The notes beneath the pieces were generated by a model. It saw only the letters and a program-made list of their open reading frames with translations, was not told where the DNA came from and made no database searches. Shown piece by piece: positions 31,893 through 45,899 of a stretch of 64,000 nucleotides of DNA (positions within the stretch are counted from its first letter, which is position 1; each line of letters starts with the position of its first letter). The DNA comes from the human T2T-CHM13v2.0 reference genome, Homo sapiens: assembly GCF_009914755.1 (NCBI RefSeq), contig NC_060930.1; one strand, 5' to 3'. The position numbers were made by a program, and so were the translations under genes.

Positions 31893-32170
31893 TTTTTTTT
31901 TCTTTTGAGACAGGCTCTCGCTCTGTTGCCCATGCTAGAATACAGTAGCACGATCATGGCTCATTGTAGCCTTGACTTCCTTGCTCAAGTGATCCTCCCA
32001 CCTGAGCCTGCGACTGCAGGTGTGTGCCACTGTGCCTGGTTAATTTTTAAATTTTTTGTAGAGACAGGTCTGTGTTGCCCAGGCTGGTTTCAAGCTCCTG
32101 GGCACAAGTAATCCTCCTAGCTCAGTTTCCCAAAGTGTTGGGATTATAGGTGTGAGCCACTGCACCCATC
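31893..32170 (-). mobile_element. AluJ
   Basis: Diverged Alu; TSD CTATAATA/TTATAATA-like. Confidence 0.88.
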
Positions 32171-32487
32171 CTATAATATGATTTGAAATCAAGAAGTGTG
32201 ATGCCTGCAACCTTATTTTTCTTTCTTAAGATTGTTTTGGCTACTTGGGGCCTTTTGTGGTTTCATACAAATTTTACAGTTTTTTTCTTTTTCTGTGAAA
32301 AATGTCATTGGAATTGCATTTGTTTGTATATTGTTTTAGGTAGCATGGACATTTTAATAATATAATTCTTCCAATTCATGAACACAAGGTATCTTTCCAT
32401 TTGTGTCTTCAATTTTTTTTTTAATCAGTGTTTTATAGTTTTCGGTGTGTAGATCTTTCATTCCCTGGTTAAATTTATTCCTAACTT

Positions 32488-33952
32488 CAGTCTTTCATTA
32501 CTTAATGATGGGGATAAATTCTGAGATATGAGTCATTAGGTGATTTCGTCATTGTGGGAGACTCATAGAGTGTACTTACACAAACTAGCTGTCTCTGTGT
32601 CTAGGCTGTCATGGTATAGCCTATTGCTCCTAGGCGACAAACCTGTACAGCCTGTTACTGTACTGAATACTGTAGGCAATTGTAGCACATAGTGTTTATA
32701 TATCAAAACAATTAAACCTGGAAAAGGTACAGTACAAATTGCTATAAAAGATAAAAAACAGGCTGGGTGTGGTAGCTCACGCCTGTAATCCCAGCACTTT
32801 GGAAGGCTGAGGTGGGCGGATCATGAGGTCAAGAGATAGAGACCATCCTGGCCAACATGGTGAAACCCCATCTCTACTAAAAATACAAAAATTAGCTGGA
32901 CATGGTGGCATGCACCCGTAGTCCCAGCTGCTCGGGAGGCTGAGGCAGGAGAATCGCTTGAACCCGAGATTGCGTAGGTTGCAGTGAGCCGAGATTGCGT
33001 CACTGCACTCTCCAGCCTGGTGACAGAGCGAGACTCCCATCTCAAAAAAAAAAAAAAAAAAAAAGGGTAAACGGCATACACATATAGGGCACTTACCATG
33101 ATTGGAGCTTGCAGAATTGGCAGTTGCTCTGGGTAAGTCAGTGAGTGAATAGTGAATGAATGTGAAGGTGTAAGACATTACTGTAGGCTTTGTAAACACT
33201 GTACACTTAGGCTAGAATAAATTGATATTAAAAATTTCTTGATAAATTAACCTTAGCTTACTGTAACTTTTTATTATCTAAAAACTTCAAAAATTTTTTA
33301 AACTTCTTGACTCTTTTGTAATAACAGTTTAAGACACACGTTGTACAGCTATACAAGGCATTTTCTTTATATCCTTATTCTATAAGCTTTTGTCTATTAT
33401 TATTATTGCTTTTTTACTTTTTAAGCTTTTTTTGTTCAAAACTAAGACACGAACACCCATATTAGCCTAGGACTCCACAGGTTCAGGATTTTCAGTATCC
33501 CTCTTTCACCTTCACATCCTATCCCATGGAAGGTCTTCAAGGGCAATAACACACATGGAGCTGTCATTTCCTATAATAATAATGCTGTCTTCTGGAATAC
33601 CTCCTGAAGGGCCTACCTGAGGCTATTTTACAGTTAACTTTTTTTAATAAGTAGAAGGAGTACATTCTAAAATAACAGTAAAAAGTATAGTAAATACATA
33701 AACCAGTACCATAGTCATTTATTATCAAGTACATAATTGTGTGTGCTATACTTTTATTCAGCTGGCAGTGCAATAGGTTTATTTACACCAGCATTATCAC
33801 AGACATGTTAGTAATTTGTTGTGCTACGATGTCACAATAATTACAATGTCTCTAGGCAATAGGAATTTTTTATTTCCATAATAATCTCATGGAACTGTTA
33901 CTGTAAATGTGGTCTGTCATTGATTGAAAGGTCATTATGCAGAGCCTGACTG
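32488..33952. mobile_element. Tigger3b (MER7/Golem-type TcMar DNA transposon) containing an Alu
   Basis: Termini CAGTC...GACTG followed by TA; internal GGTATAGCCTATTGCTCCTAGGC and GTTACTGTACTGAATACTGTAGGCAATTG; about 1.2 kb without the Alu. Confidence 0.85.
32761..33064 (+). mobile_element. AluSc-like inside Tigger3b
   Basis: GAGGTCAAGAGAT motif; long A tail. Confidence 0.93.
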
Positions 33953-34069
33953 TATTTTATTCCTTTTGTTGTGTTTTCTCTTTCAGATCGATCACTATTG
34001 GTATAAATAAATGCAGCTGATTTTTGTATGTTGATTTTGTGTTTTACTTTACTGAATTAATTTATTAGC

Positions 34070-34360
34070 TCTTTTTTTTTTTTTTCTTTTTTGAGACAGA
34101 GTTTCACTCTTGTCACCCAGGCTGGAGTGCATTGGCGCGATCTCTGCTCACTGTGACCTCCGCCTCCCAGGTTCAAGCGATTCTTCTGCCTTAGCCTCCT
34201 GAGTATCTGGGATTACAGGCGCCTGCCACCATGCCCGGCTAATTTTTGTGTTTTTAGTAGAGATGGGGTTTCACTATGTTGGCCAGGCTGGTCTCGAACT
34301 CCTGACCTCAGGTGATCCACCTGCCTCGTCCTCTCAAAATGCTGGGACCCGCACCTGGCC
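34070..34360 (-). mobile_element. AluS
   Basis: Alu with a small deletion near its 5' end. Confidence 0.92.
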
Positions 34361-35309
34361 TAATATGTATATATTTTTAATGGAGTCATTAGTATTTTCT
34401 ACATAAAGGATTACGTCATCTGCAAATGAGGATAATTTTACCTTTTCCTTTCTGATTTGGATGCTGTTTATGTCTTTTGTAGGATTGCTCTTGCTAATAT
34501 TTCCAATTCTGTGTTCAATAGAAGTGGTGAGAATAGATATCCTTTCCTTGTACCAGATCTTGGAAGAAAAGCTTTCAGTTTCTCCCCCACAGATTATTAT
34601 GTTTGCTTTGAGTTTTTCATAAATGGCCTTTATTATGTTGAGGAAGTTTCCTTCTATACTTATTCTGTCGAAAGTTTTTATTATGAAAAGATGTGGAACT
34701 TTTGTCAAATGCTTTTTTGTTCATTTATTGAGATGATCATGTGGCTTGTATCATTCATTCTGTTAATGAGGGATAATCACCTTGATTGATTTGTGTATGT
34801 TAAGCCAACCTTATATCCCAGAGGAAAATCCCACTTGGTCAAAGTGTATTATCTTTTTAATGTGTTGTTGAATTTGGTTTGCTGGTATTTTACTGAAGAT
34901 TTTTGAATGTGTGCTCATCAGAGATATTGGCTTACAGCTTTCTTTCCTTGTGGCATCTTTGTCCAGCTTTGGTACTACCCTGAGGGTGATACTGGCTTCA
35001 TACTATGAGTTTGGAAATACTCCCTCTACTTATTTTTTGGAAAACTTCAAGAAGGATTGGTGTTAATTCTTCTTTGAGTGTTTGGTAGAATTTAGCTGTG
35101 AAGCCATCTGGTCCTGGATTTTTCTTTGTTGAGAGGTTATTGATTACTTCTTTCATCTCTATTTGTAATTTGACTGTTGAGGAAATTCTGTTTCTTCTTG
35201 ATTCAGTCTTGATAGGTTTTATGTTCCTAGGAATTTATCTGTTTCCTTTAGGTTATTCAATTTATTGGCACCTAGTTGTTTATAAGTAGTTCCTTATTTT
35301 TTTTTATTG

Positions 35310-35701
<392 letters not shown>

Positions 35702-37634
35702 TAGTCTTCTCTCTCTTTCTCTTAGACTACCTGGGAGTTTGTCAGTTTTATTTTCTCAACAACCAACTCTTAGTTTTGTTGATTTTTTTTCCTGTGGTTT
35801 TTCTATGCTTTATTTGATTTATCTGTGTTTTTTTACTTTCTTTCTTCTGCTAACTTTGGGTTAAGTCTGTTCTTATTCTAGCTCCTTGAGGTGTATAGTT
35901 AGGTTGTTTATTTTGAGATTTTTTTTAATGCAGACATTTATCACTACAAAATTTCCTCTTATTACTGCTTTTGCTGTATCATGTAAGTTTTGGTTTGTTC
36001 TCTTTTTGTTTTTGTTTATCCTGAGATATTTAAAAAATTCTCTTTTGACTTACTGTTTGACCTAGTGGTTGTTCAATAGTGCGTTATTTAGTATTTGTGA
36101 ATTTTCCATGTTCTTCTTGTTATCTAGTTCAATTCCATTGTTGTTGGACAAGGTATTTGATGATATTATTTTGAACTTCTTAAATTTGTTTAGACTTGTT
36201 TTGTGACCTAATGTGATCTGTCCTGGAAAATATTTTATGTACACTTGAAAAGAATGTATATTCTTCTGTTGAGTGGAAAGTTCTGCATAGGCTTGTCAAG
36301 TTTATTTGGTGTGTAGTGTTGTTCAAGCCCCGTTTCTTTATTAATTTTTTTGTCTGGATGTCCTATCTATTGTTGAAAATGGGGTACTGAAGTCACCTAC
36401 TATTACTGTATTGCTATCAGTTTCTTCTTTCAGTTCTGTCAGTATTTGCTTTATATACTTGGGTGCTCTGATGTTGGGTGTGTATTTGTTTACAATTGTT
36501 ATATCTTCTTGTTGAATTGATCCTTTTGTCATTGTGTAATGACCTTTTTTTGTCTCTAGAGACAGTTTTTGACTTACAGTGTACTTCGATGCAAATATGG
36601 CCACTCTTTTGGGTACCATTTGCATGGACTATTCTTTTCTATTCCTTCACTTTCCACGTATGTGTGTCCTTGAATCTAAAGTTAGTTTCTTGTAGACAAT
36701 GTATAGTTGGATCTTTTTTTTTTAAATTCATTTAGCTGCTTTATCTTTTTATTGGAGAGTTTAGTCCATTTACATTTAAAGTAATTATTGACAAGGAAAG
36801 ATTTACCGTTGCTGTTTTGTTAACTGTTTTCTGTTTGTTTTGTAGTTGTTTTGTCCTCCTTTTTCTCTCCTATTGTCGTCTTGTTGCTTTTTGTAATGCT
36901 GTGATTCTTTGTGTAACTTCTATAGGTGTTTTTTTTGTAGTTACCAGAAGGCTTATATAAAATATCTTGTAATTATCTGTGTTAAGCTGATAACAGCTTA
37001 ACTTCTTTTCCATGCAGGAGCACTCATTTTTACCTTTCTTACCCTCAAATTATATGTTATTGAGTTACAATTTAGATCTATTGTATTATGTATTTAAGAT
37101 AATTTCGTTAGAGTTGTTTTTAGTACTTTTATCTTTTAGGTTTTGTACTGGGATTATAATTAACTTCACACCACTGTTATAGTAATAAAATATTCTTTTT
37201 ATTTTGCCTGTATATTTAACTTTACTAACAAGTTTTGTACTTTTTTTGGTATAAAAAACAAAAAAAACATTATGTTGTTGTTTTGCATCTTTTCATTTCA
37301 ACTTGAATAACTACCTTTAGCATGCTTGCAAGGCAGGAATAGTGGATAAAGTACCTTGGCTTTTATTGGTTTGAGAACACCTTTATCTCCCCTTCAGCTT
37401 TAAAGGACAGGATTGCTGGGTATAGTATTCTTGGCTGACAATTTTTTTTTCTTTCTGCACTTTGCATATATAATTCTATTCCCTTCAGCCTGCAAGGTTT
37501 CTGCTGAAAAATCTAATAAGAAATAGAGAGTCCCCTGTACTTAGCAAGTTGCTTCTTTCTTGCTGCTTTCAAAATCCTCTCTGTCTTTAATTTTTGACAA
37601 TTTGATGATAATGTATTGTCTCTGTGTGGGTTTC

Positions 37635-37937
37635 TTTTTTTTTTTTTTCCTTTTTTTTTTTGGAGACATGGTCTTATAGTGTTGCCCAGGCTGGAGTGCA
37701 GTGGTGTGATCATGGCTCACTGTAGCCTTGACCTCCCTAGGCTCAGGACCTCCTGCCTCAGTACCCCTAGTTTCTGGGACCACAAGCACTTGCCAGCATG
37801 CCTGGCTAATTTTGTATTTTGTGTGGAGACAGAGTTTTTCCATGTTGCCCAGGCTGGTCTCAAACTCCTGGGCTCAGTCCACCTGTCTTGGCCTCCCAAA
37901 GTGTTGGGATTATGGGCATGAGCCACTGCACCTAGCC
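37635..37937 (-). mobile_element. AluJ
   Basis: TSD TGTGTGGGTTTCTTT. Confidence 0.92.
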
Positions 37938-38129
37938 TGTGTGGGTTTCTTTGGATTAATCCTATTTGGTATCATTTGGGCTACCTGAATCTGGATTTGT
38001 ATTTTCTTTCCCAGGCATGGGAAGTTTTCAGCCATTATGTCTTTGAATGTGTTTTTAGTCCCTTTCTTTCTCTCTTCTGCAACTCTGATAATGCCTATAT
38101 TGTGATGGCTTCACTTAAGTCCCTTAAGT

Positions 38130-39078
38130 CAGCAGTCCCCAACTTTTTTGGCACCAGCGACTGGTCTTGTGGAAGACAGTTTTTCCATGGACTTGGGATG
38201 GTGGAGTAGGGTAGGTGGGAGAGGTGGAGGGTTTTGGGATGATTCAAGTGCATTACATTTATTGTGCATTTATTTCTATTTTATTTTATTTTTTATTTCC
38301 ATAGGTTTTGGGGGAACAAGTGGTATTTGGTTACATGAGTAAGTTCTTTAGTGGTGATTTGTAAGATTTTGGTGTGCTGTCATCACTCGAGCACTAAACC
38401 CAATTTGTAGTATTTTATCCCTCACCCGCTTTCCACCCTTTTCCCCAGTCCCCAAAGTCCATTGTATCATTCTTAAGCCTTTGAATCTTTATAGCTTAGC
38501 TCCCACTTATGAGTGAGAACATAATGATGTTTGGTTTTCCATTCCTGAATTACTTCACTTAGAAAAATGGTCTCCAATCCCATCCAGGTTGCTGAGAATG
38601 CCATTAATTCATTCCTTTCTATGGCTTAGTTGTATTCCATCATACAGATACATACCACAGTTATCTACTTGTTGATGGGCATTTGATCCACATTTTTGCA
38701 ATTGGGAATTGTGCTGCTGTAAACATGCATGTATTGTGCACTTTATTTCTATTATTATTATATACTCACCATAATGTAAAATCAGTGGGAGCCCTGAGCT
38801 TGTTTTCCTGCAGCTATATGGTCCCATCTGGGGGTGATGGGAGACAGTGACAGGCATTAGATTCTCATAAGGAGCATGTGCCCTGGATCCCTTGCATGTG
38901 CAGTTCACAACAGAGTTTGTGCTTTTATGAGAATCTGATGCCACTGCCTATCTGAGGGGTGGTGGAGCTCAGCTTTGCTCACTTGCCCACCACTCACCTC
39001 CTGCTGTGTGGTCTTGTTCCTAATAGGCCACAGACCAGTATCTGTATTGGTCTGTGGCTTGGGGGTTGGAGGCTCCTG
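38130..39078. mobile_element. MER1A (hAT-Charlie) interrupted by an L1PB 3' fragment
   Basis: Terminal inverted repeats CAGCAGTCCCCAAC / GTTGGAGGCTCCTG; 8-bp TSD CCTTAAGT / CCTTAAGC. Confidence 0.85.
38281..38731 (-). mobile_element. L1PB1-like 3' fragment
   Basis: GGTTTTGGGGGAACAAGTGGTATTTGGTTACATGAGT signature; TSD TATTGTGCA(C)TTTATTTCTATT. Confidence 0.82.
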
Positions 39079-41083
39079 CCTTAAGCTGTCTTTACTCTTT
39101 TTCATTCTTTGTTATTTTTGCTTTTCAGATTGGATGATTTCCAGTGACCTGTCTTGGAGTTCACTGATCTTTTCTTCTGCTTGATCTAGTCTGTTACTGG
39201 ACCCATCTTTTGACTTTTTGGTTCAGTTATTATATTTTTCATTTGTATAATTTCTGTTTGGTGCTTTCAAAATATGTTCTGTCACTTTGTTGAGTTCTCA
39301 GTTTGTTTATGCATTGCTCTGTTGAGCTCAGTGATCATCTTTATGACCATTTTTTAAAATTCCTTGTTGGGTAAATTGCATATCATCATTTCCTTAGGGT
39401 CAGTTTCTGAAAATTTACCTGGTTCTTTTATCTGGAACATATTTCTCTGTTTCTTTATTGCCCTCACTCTTGGTTTGGCTTCTGTGCATTAGATAAGACT
39501 ACTGCCTCTACTAGTCTTGTGAGACTGGTGTTGTGTAGGAGATGATTCTTACCAGTTAGGCCAGCCAGAGTTTCTAGGTACCTCTAAAATCTTTTTGTTT
39601 GTCCAAACTACACTCTTTGTTCTTTCTTAGTGGTCTCCAGTAATTAGGGTGTGCCAAGTTCTGCCAGATGAATTAGAAGCTAGTTTCTTGAGATGCAGGT
39701 GGGAAGATTGGTGTGTTAGAAGTGTGTTGCAGTTCATTCTATCTTTAGGGAGAAGCTGAGAGCCAGAGCTTATCTCTCATTCATTCCACACTAAGCTGGA
39801 GAGAGGATCTGTGGCAGATGCCTGCACACTTATTTAGGCTGCACTGTCTCTTTGTTGTCCACAGTTCAGGAAAACTCACGAATACCAAGACACTCTTGCT
39901 CTTAGGGCTAGGTGATTTAGGAGCCAAATCCTCTAAGAGAACTGCAAAAGTTGGGTCACTTACACGCACGGTCCAACCCTTCACTCCTTAGTTAGAAGCT
40001 GGGTATTGGGGATTCCTTCTTGATTGTTTGGCACAGTGCACAGGGAGGGGTTTGTGTGCAAGTGTGTCTAAACTTTTTCTACCTGTTTGGATGTGGATGT
40101 TTTCTCAGTTGCCCCATGTATAGGAGACTGTCGGCCAGTTTCTGGCTTTCTCTCAGAGGAAATTGATCTGTGTATACATGTTTATTCAGTACTTCTGTGG
40201 GAGGAAGTAAAGCTACGGGCTTCCTTTTCCATCATCTTGCTGATGTCACTGCTAACACATTTTCAGATCACATTTTTAGGTGGTTTTGTTTCTGGTTATG
40301 CCATTCAAATAGAACCAGGAGTGTTTTTAAAAACATTACATTTTACTAGCATGGCATCTTTAAGAATTGGTTCTCCTTTTTCCTGGGTATATTCTCTTAG
40401 AAGATTAAATACTTGATGATGAGAAAATAATATATTGAATTTCAGGAAGTTTATCTTATATATCTATTTTAGTGTTGTTCATTGGGAAAGGAAAAAGTTA
40501 GATGAATTATCACTTGCCGGTTTTCACAGAGCAGATTTTTATAGAAGCAATGACTAAAATAAAATGACTATTTTATTAATATTCCATCCTCCCCACAAGC
40601 TCCACAAGCTCCCCTTCCAATTTTTTTGGTGTTTTTTTTTCCCCTTCCGACTTAAAAAATTTTATTGTTTACTGGCAACCAGGCATGCACACATGTGTAC
40701 GTATGCATATTAAATTAAATTTTATCTAATGGGTTAATGAATCTGAGAAGCAGTGTTTGGAACCAGGAGGACATTGTAGCTAATGAGATCCTGAACTGGG
40801 GCAGAGGTCCAGCTGGGATGAGGGTAAAGTCATGAATTTGAAAAGAGAAGATAAAATAATCAAGATGTTTGCTTGATTAAATGGTTAAGGATAATGAAAG
40901 AAAGAGAGGAGCAAGAATGACATTTTTATTTCTCCCCTTACATCACCAACTAAGTTGGGGGAATGTGAAAAAGCAATGTTGGAGGGAGGAAGAGAGAGGG
41001 AAGGGCTGAAAGGAAAAATGAATTCCATCTTGGACATATTTAATTGGCATTATCCAAGTTGGTTATAAGAATGCGATGCTTGG

Positions 41084-41387
41084 GGCTGAGCATGGTGGCT
41101 CATACCTATAATCCCAGCACTATGGGAGGCCAAGGCGGGTGAATCACAAGGTCAGGAGTTGGAGACCAGCCTGGCCAACATGATCCAATCCCGTCTCTGC
41201 TAAAAATACAAACAATTAGCTGGGCGTGGTGGCGGGCACCTGAAATCCCAGCTACTTGGGAGGCTGAGGCAGGAAAATCCCTTGAACCGGGAAGTAGAGG
41301 TTGCAGTGAGCTGAGATTGTACCACTTCACTCCAGCCTGGGTGACAGTGTAAGACTCCATCTCAAAAAAAAAAAAAAAAAAAAAAAA
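41084..41387 (+). mobile_element. AluS
   Basis: Full Alu with A tail. Confidence 0.94.
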
Positions 41388-42124
41388 GTGTTGCTTGGAG
41401 AAGGGATGAAGACTAGAGATATGCCACATTTTCTTATTTTAAAAAGTCCTTTCTTGTTTTTCTCATCTTGACAAGTATCTAATAATTAATGTGTATTTTT
41501 AATGTGTGATTTCACCTTAAAAAGATTATTATAAAAACATTTAAAAACTATTTTATAACATATATAATCAGTGGAATTGCATGACTAAAGAAATGTAGAT
41601 TTTTGGAGTTAAAGGTTTGATATCTTATGGACTCTTTAACAGTAGCAGGTGAAATTAGCAAGGAAAAGTATGGGATACAGAGAAAAGTACTTGTTCTATG
41701 AAAAATGATTTGTAGTTATAGAGTGCTTTCATTATATGTACTTTGTCGTTTGGTATTCATAGCAGTTACCTGAATGTAGTAGATGGTGGTATTTGTATTT
41801 TCAAATGAAGAAACTGATCTTCATAGTGTGGATACAGGGATACTTTTTTAAAAAATTCTTTTTATTATTATTGTCATTGAATGGTTATACACAAGTATTT
41901 TCATTTTTTATTCATTTTTACAAATGGAAGCAAGAATGAAATGAAGGAAATTATTAATACAGTTCTCTCATCCACCCTTGAATCTCCCATCCAGATTCAA
42001 ATGGTAACATTTTACCACACTTATTCTCTTTGTCCTTTATATATGTGTACAAACACACCCATTTCCCCCCTGAACTTATAGCCAAAATGCTCCTATATCC
42101 CTGAATATTTCAGCGTTTGTCTCC

Positions 42125-44531
42125 TGTATTAGTCGGTTTTCACGCTGCTGTTAAAGACGTACCCGAGACTGGGAAGAAAAAGAGGTTTAACTGGACTTAC
42201 AGTTCATATGGTCGGGGAGGCCTTAGAATCATGGTGGGAGGCAAAAGGCACTTCTTACATGGTGGCAGCAAGAGAAAATGAGGAAGAAGCAAAAGTGGAA
42301 ACCCCTCATAAACCCATCAGATCTCATGAGACTTATTAACTATAATGAGAATAGCGTGGGAAAGACTAGCCCCCATGGTTCAATTATCTTGCTCTGGGTC
42401 CCTCCTACAACATGTGGGAATTCTGGCAGATACAATTCAAGTTGAGATTTAGATGGGGATGCAGCCAAACCATATCATTCTGCCCCTGGTCACTCCCAAA
42501 TTGTATGTCCTCACATTTCAAGACTAATCATGCCTTCCCAACAGTCCCCCAGAGTTGTAACTCATTTCAGCATTAACCAAAAAGTCCACAGTCCAAATTC
42601 TCATCTGAGACAAGGCAAGTCCCTTTTGCCTATGAGCATGTAAAATAAAATCAAAAGCAAGGTAGTTACTTCCCAGATACAATGGGGGTACAGGTATTGG
42701 GTAAATATAGCCATTCCAGATGGGAGAAATTGGCCAAAACAAAGGGGTTACAGGGCCCATGCAAGTCCAAAATCCAGCAGAGCAGTCAAATTTTAAGCCT
42801 CCAAAATGATCTCCATGAGTGCAGGTCTTGCATCGAGGTTATGCTGATTCAAGAGGTGGGTTCCCATGGTCTTGGGCAGCTCTGCCCCTGTGGTTTTGCA
42901 GGGTACAGCCTCCTTCCCGGCTGCTTTCATGGGCTGGTGTTTAGCATCTGTGGCTTTTCTGGGCACATAGTGCAGGCTGTTAGTGGATCTACCATTCTGG
43001 GATCTGGAGGATGGTGGCCCTCTTCTCACAGCTCCACTAGGTGGTGCCCCAGTAGGGACTCTGTGTGGGGGCTCTGACCCCACATTTCCCTACCACAATG
43101 CCCTAGCAGAGGTTCTCCATGAGGACCCTGCCCCTGCAGCAAACTTGTGCCTGGGCATCCAGGCGTTTCCATACATCTTCTAAAATCTAGGAGGAGGTTT
43201 CCAAACCTCAGTTCTTGACATCTGTTTCCCTGCAGGCTTAACACCACATGGAAGCTGCCAAGGTTTGGGGCTTCCACCCTCTGAAGCCATTGGCTCCTTT
43301 CAGCCATGGCTGGAGCGGAGAGGCTGGGACACAGGGCACCAAGTCCCTAGGCTGCACACAGCATGGGGACCCTGGGCCCGGCCCATGAAACCACTTTTTC
43401 CTCCTGGGCCTCCGCACCTGTGATGGGAGGGGCTGCTGTGAAGGTCTCTGACATGGCCTGGAGACATTTTCCCCATGGTCACGGGGATTAATATCTTGAT
43501 ATCTTATGAACTCTTAACAGTAGTAGGTGAAATTAGCAAGAAAAGTTTGGGGTTAGAGAGAAAAGGACTTGTTCTATGAAAATGATTTGTAGGCTTCTTG
43601 CTACTTATGCAAATTAGGCTCCTTGCTACTTATGCAAATTTCTGCAGCCGGCTTGAATTTCTCCCTAGAAAATGGGTTTTTCTTTTCTATCGCATAGTCA
43701 GGCTGCAAAGTTTTTTCCAAACTTTTATGCTCTGCTTCCCTTATAAAACTGAATGCCTTTAACACAACCCAAATCACCTCTTGAATGCTTTGCTGCTTAG
43801 AAATTTTTTCCGCCAGATACCCTAAATTGTCTTTCTCAAGTTCAAAGTTCCACAAACCTCTAGGGCAGGGGCAAAATGCTGCCAATCTCTATGCTAAAAC
43901 ATAACAAGAGTCACCTTACTCCAGTTCCCAACAAGTTCCTCATCTCCATCTGAGACCACTACAGCCTGGACCTTATTGTCTATATCGCTATCAGCATTTT
44001 GGGCAAAGCCATTCAACAAGTCTCTAGGAGGTTCCAAACTTTCCCACATTTTCTTGTCTTCTGAGCCTTCCAAACTGTCCCATCCTCTGTCTGTTCCCCA
44101 TTTCCAAAGTTGCTTCCACATTTTTGGGTATCTTTTCAGTAACGCCCCACTCTCCTGGTACCAATTTACTGTATTAATCTGTTTTCATGCTGCTGATAAA
44201 GACATAACTGAGCCTGGGAAGAAAAAGTGGTTTAATTGGACTTACAGTTCCACATGGCTGGGGAGGCCTCAGAATCACGGAATCATGGTCGGAAGTGAAA
44301 GGCACTTCTTACATGGCAGCAGCAAAAGAAAATGAGGAAGAAGCAAAAGTGGGAACCCCTGATAAACCCGTCAGATTTCGTGAGACTTATTAACTATAAC
44401 GAAAATAGCATGGGAAAGACCGGCCCCCATGATTCAATTACCTTGCCCCGGATCCCTCCCACAACACATGGGAATTCTGGGAGACACAATTCAAGTTGAG
44501 ATTTGGATGAGGACCCAGCCAAAGCATATCA
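42125..44531 (-). mobile_element. Full THE1A provirus (LTR 42125-42477, internal 42478-44169, LTR 44170-44531)
   Basis: Two direct ~355-bp LTRs with TG...CA ends, THE1-int sequence, 5-bp TSD TCTCC (42120-42124, 44532-44536). Confidence 0.93.
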
Positions 44532-45034
44532 TCTCCTAATAACAAAGACTTTACATGATCACAGTACGTTTATTAAAATCAGGAAATTATCATTGATATC
44601 TATAGAACTTACATTTCATCAATTGTCACAATAATGTCAGGGACAACAAATTTGTCAAGCTCTACAAGTACTAATGAAGGGCAGTGCCACATAAATAAAG
44701 CATACTGTTAGATTGAAATTAGAGTATTTGTAAAGAGGTTGCCTTCTGAGATAATTAATGGCCATCAGCCTCTGTTAATATATTTGCCTGCCCTATATCC
44801 CACAATTTGACTTTGAATTTTAGGGAGAGTAGGGAGTAGTAGAGAGCAAATTATTTTTGTTTTTGCCATTTGACCCTTTCCAGAAACAGTAGCGCATGCC
44901 CAGAACATCCTTTGGAGGAATTCTAGCATTGTTTTCCTCACTTAGCTTTAATCCTTTCTTTCTTGTCCTCCTTTCATATTTACTAGCATGTGCTAAGCAC
45001 TGAATTAAAATGATAGAACTATGTGTATGTACTG

Positions 45035-45526
45035 TGCATAGACCAGCTCTGTCAGGGAGACCCTAACCCAGTGGTGCTAGAGGAATTAAAGACACACAGA
45101 CAGAAATATAGCCTGTGGAGTGGGAAATCAGGGGACTCACAGCCTTCAGAGCTGAGAGCCCCAAACAGAGATTTATCCACATATTTATTGACAGCAAGCC
45201 AGTGATAACCATTGTTTCTATAGATTATAGATTAACTAAAAGTATTCCTTATGGGAAACAAAGGGATGGACTCTGGCTAGTTATCTACAGCAGGAACATG
45301 TCCTTAAGGCACAGATCGCTCATGCTATTTTTTGTGGTTTAAGAACGCCTTTAAGCGGTTTTCCATGCTGGGTGGGCCAGGTGTTCCTTGCCTTCATTCC
45401 GGTAAACCCACAACCTTCAGCGTGGGCGTCATGGCCATCACGAACATGTCACAGTGCTGCAGAGATTTTGTTTATGGCCAGCTTTGGGGCCAGTTTATGG
45501 CCAGATTTGGGGGCCTATCCCCAGCA
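45035..45526 (-). mobile_element. MER9 solo LTR (HERV-K9/HML-3)
   Basis: Minus strand begins TGCTGGGGATAGGCCCCCAAATCTGGCCATAAACTGGCCCC; 6-bp TSD GTACTG / GTACCG. Confidence 0.88.
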
Positions 45527-45684
45527 GTACCGATTGTGCTGTTTTATACTTAGGGAATAGGTTGTTTGGGCAGCAACCGCTTAAAAACATTTCTGAGTAA
45601 ACTTTTATTATATTTTATAGGGATGTAAAAGTGGCCCTTTATAGACTCTTTTGTTTGTTTGTTTGGACCCTTCTTGGTATTTCT

Positions 45685-45835
45685 TTTTATTTTTTAGAGA
45701 TTGGGTCTTGTTATATTGCTCAGGCTGGAGTGCAGTGGCTCCAGCACTGCAGCCTTGAATTCCTGGGCTCAAGCATCCCTTCTGCCTCAGCCTCCCAGGT
45801 AGCTGGGACTATAGGCACATGCCATTGCACCAGGC
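45685..45835 (-). mobile_element. Alu monomer (FRAM/AluJ arm)
   Basis: Single arm; TSD CTTGGTATTTCTT. Confidence 0.85.
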
Positions 45836-45899
45836 TTTCCTTGGTATTTCTTAAACATACATTAAACATTTCTTAAGGAATCCCTCAATGTATACCTTA

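Noticed and set aside
42524-44335. Overlapping ORFs in the GC-richer block
   Set aside because: THE1A internal sequence; fragmented with no intact ORF.
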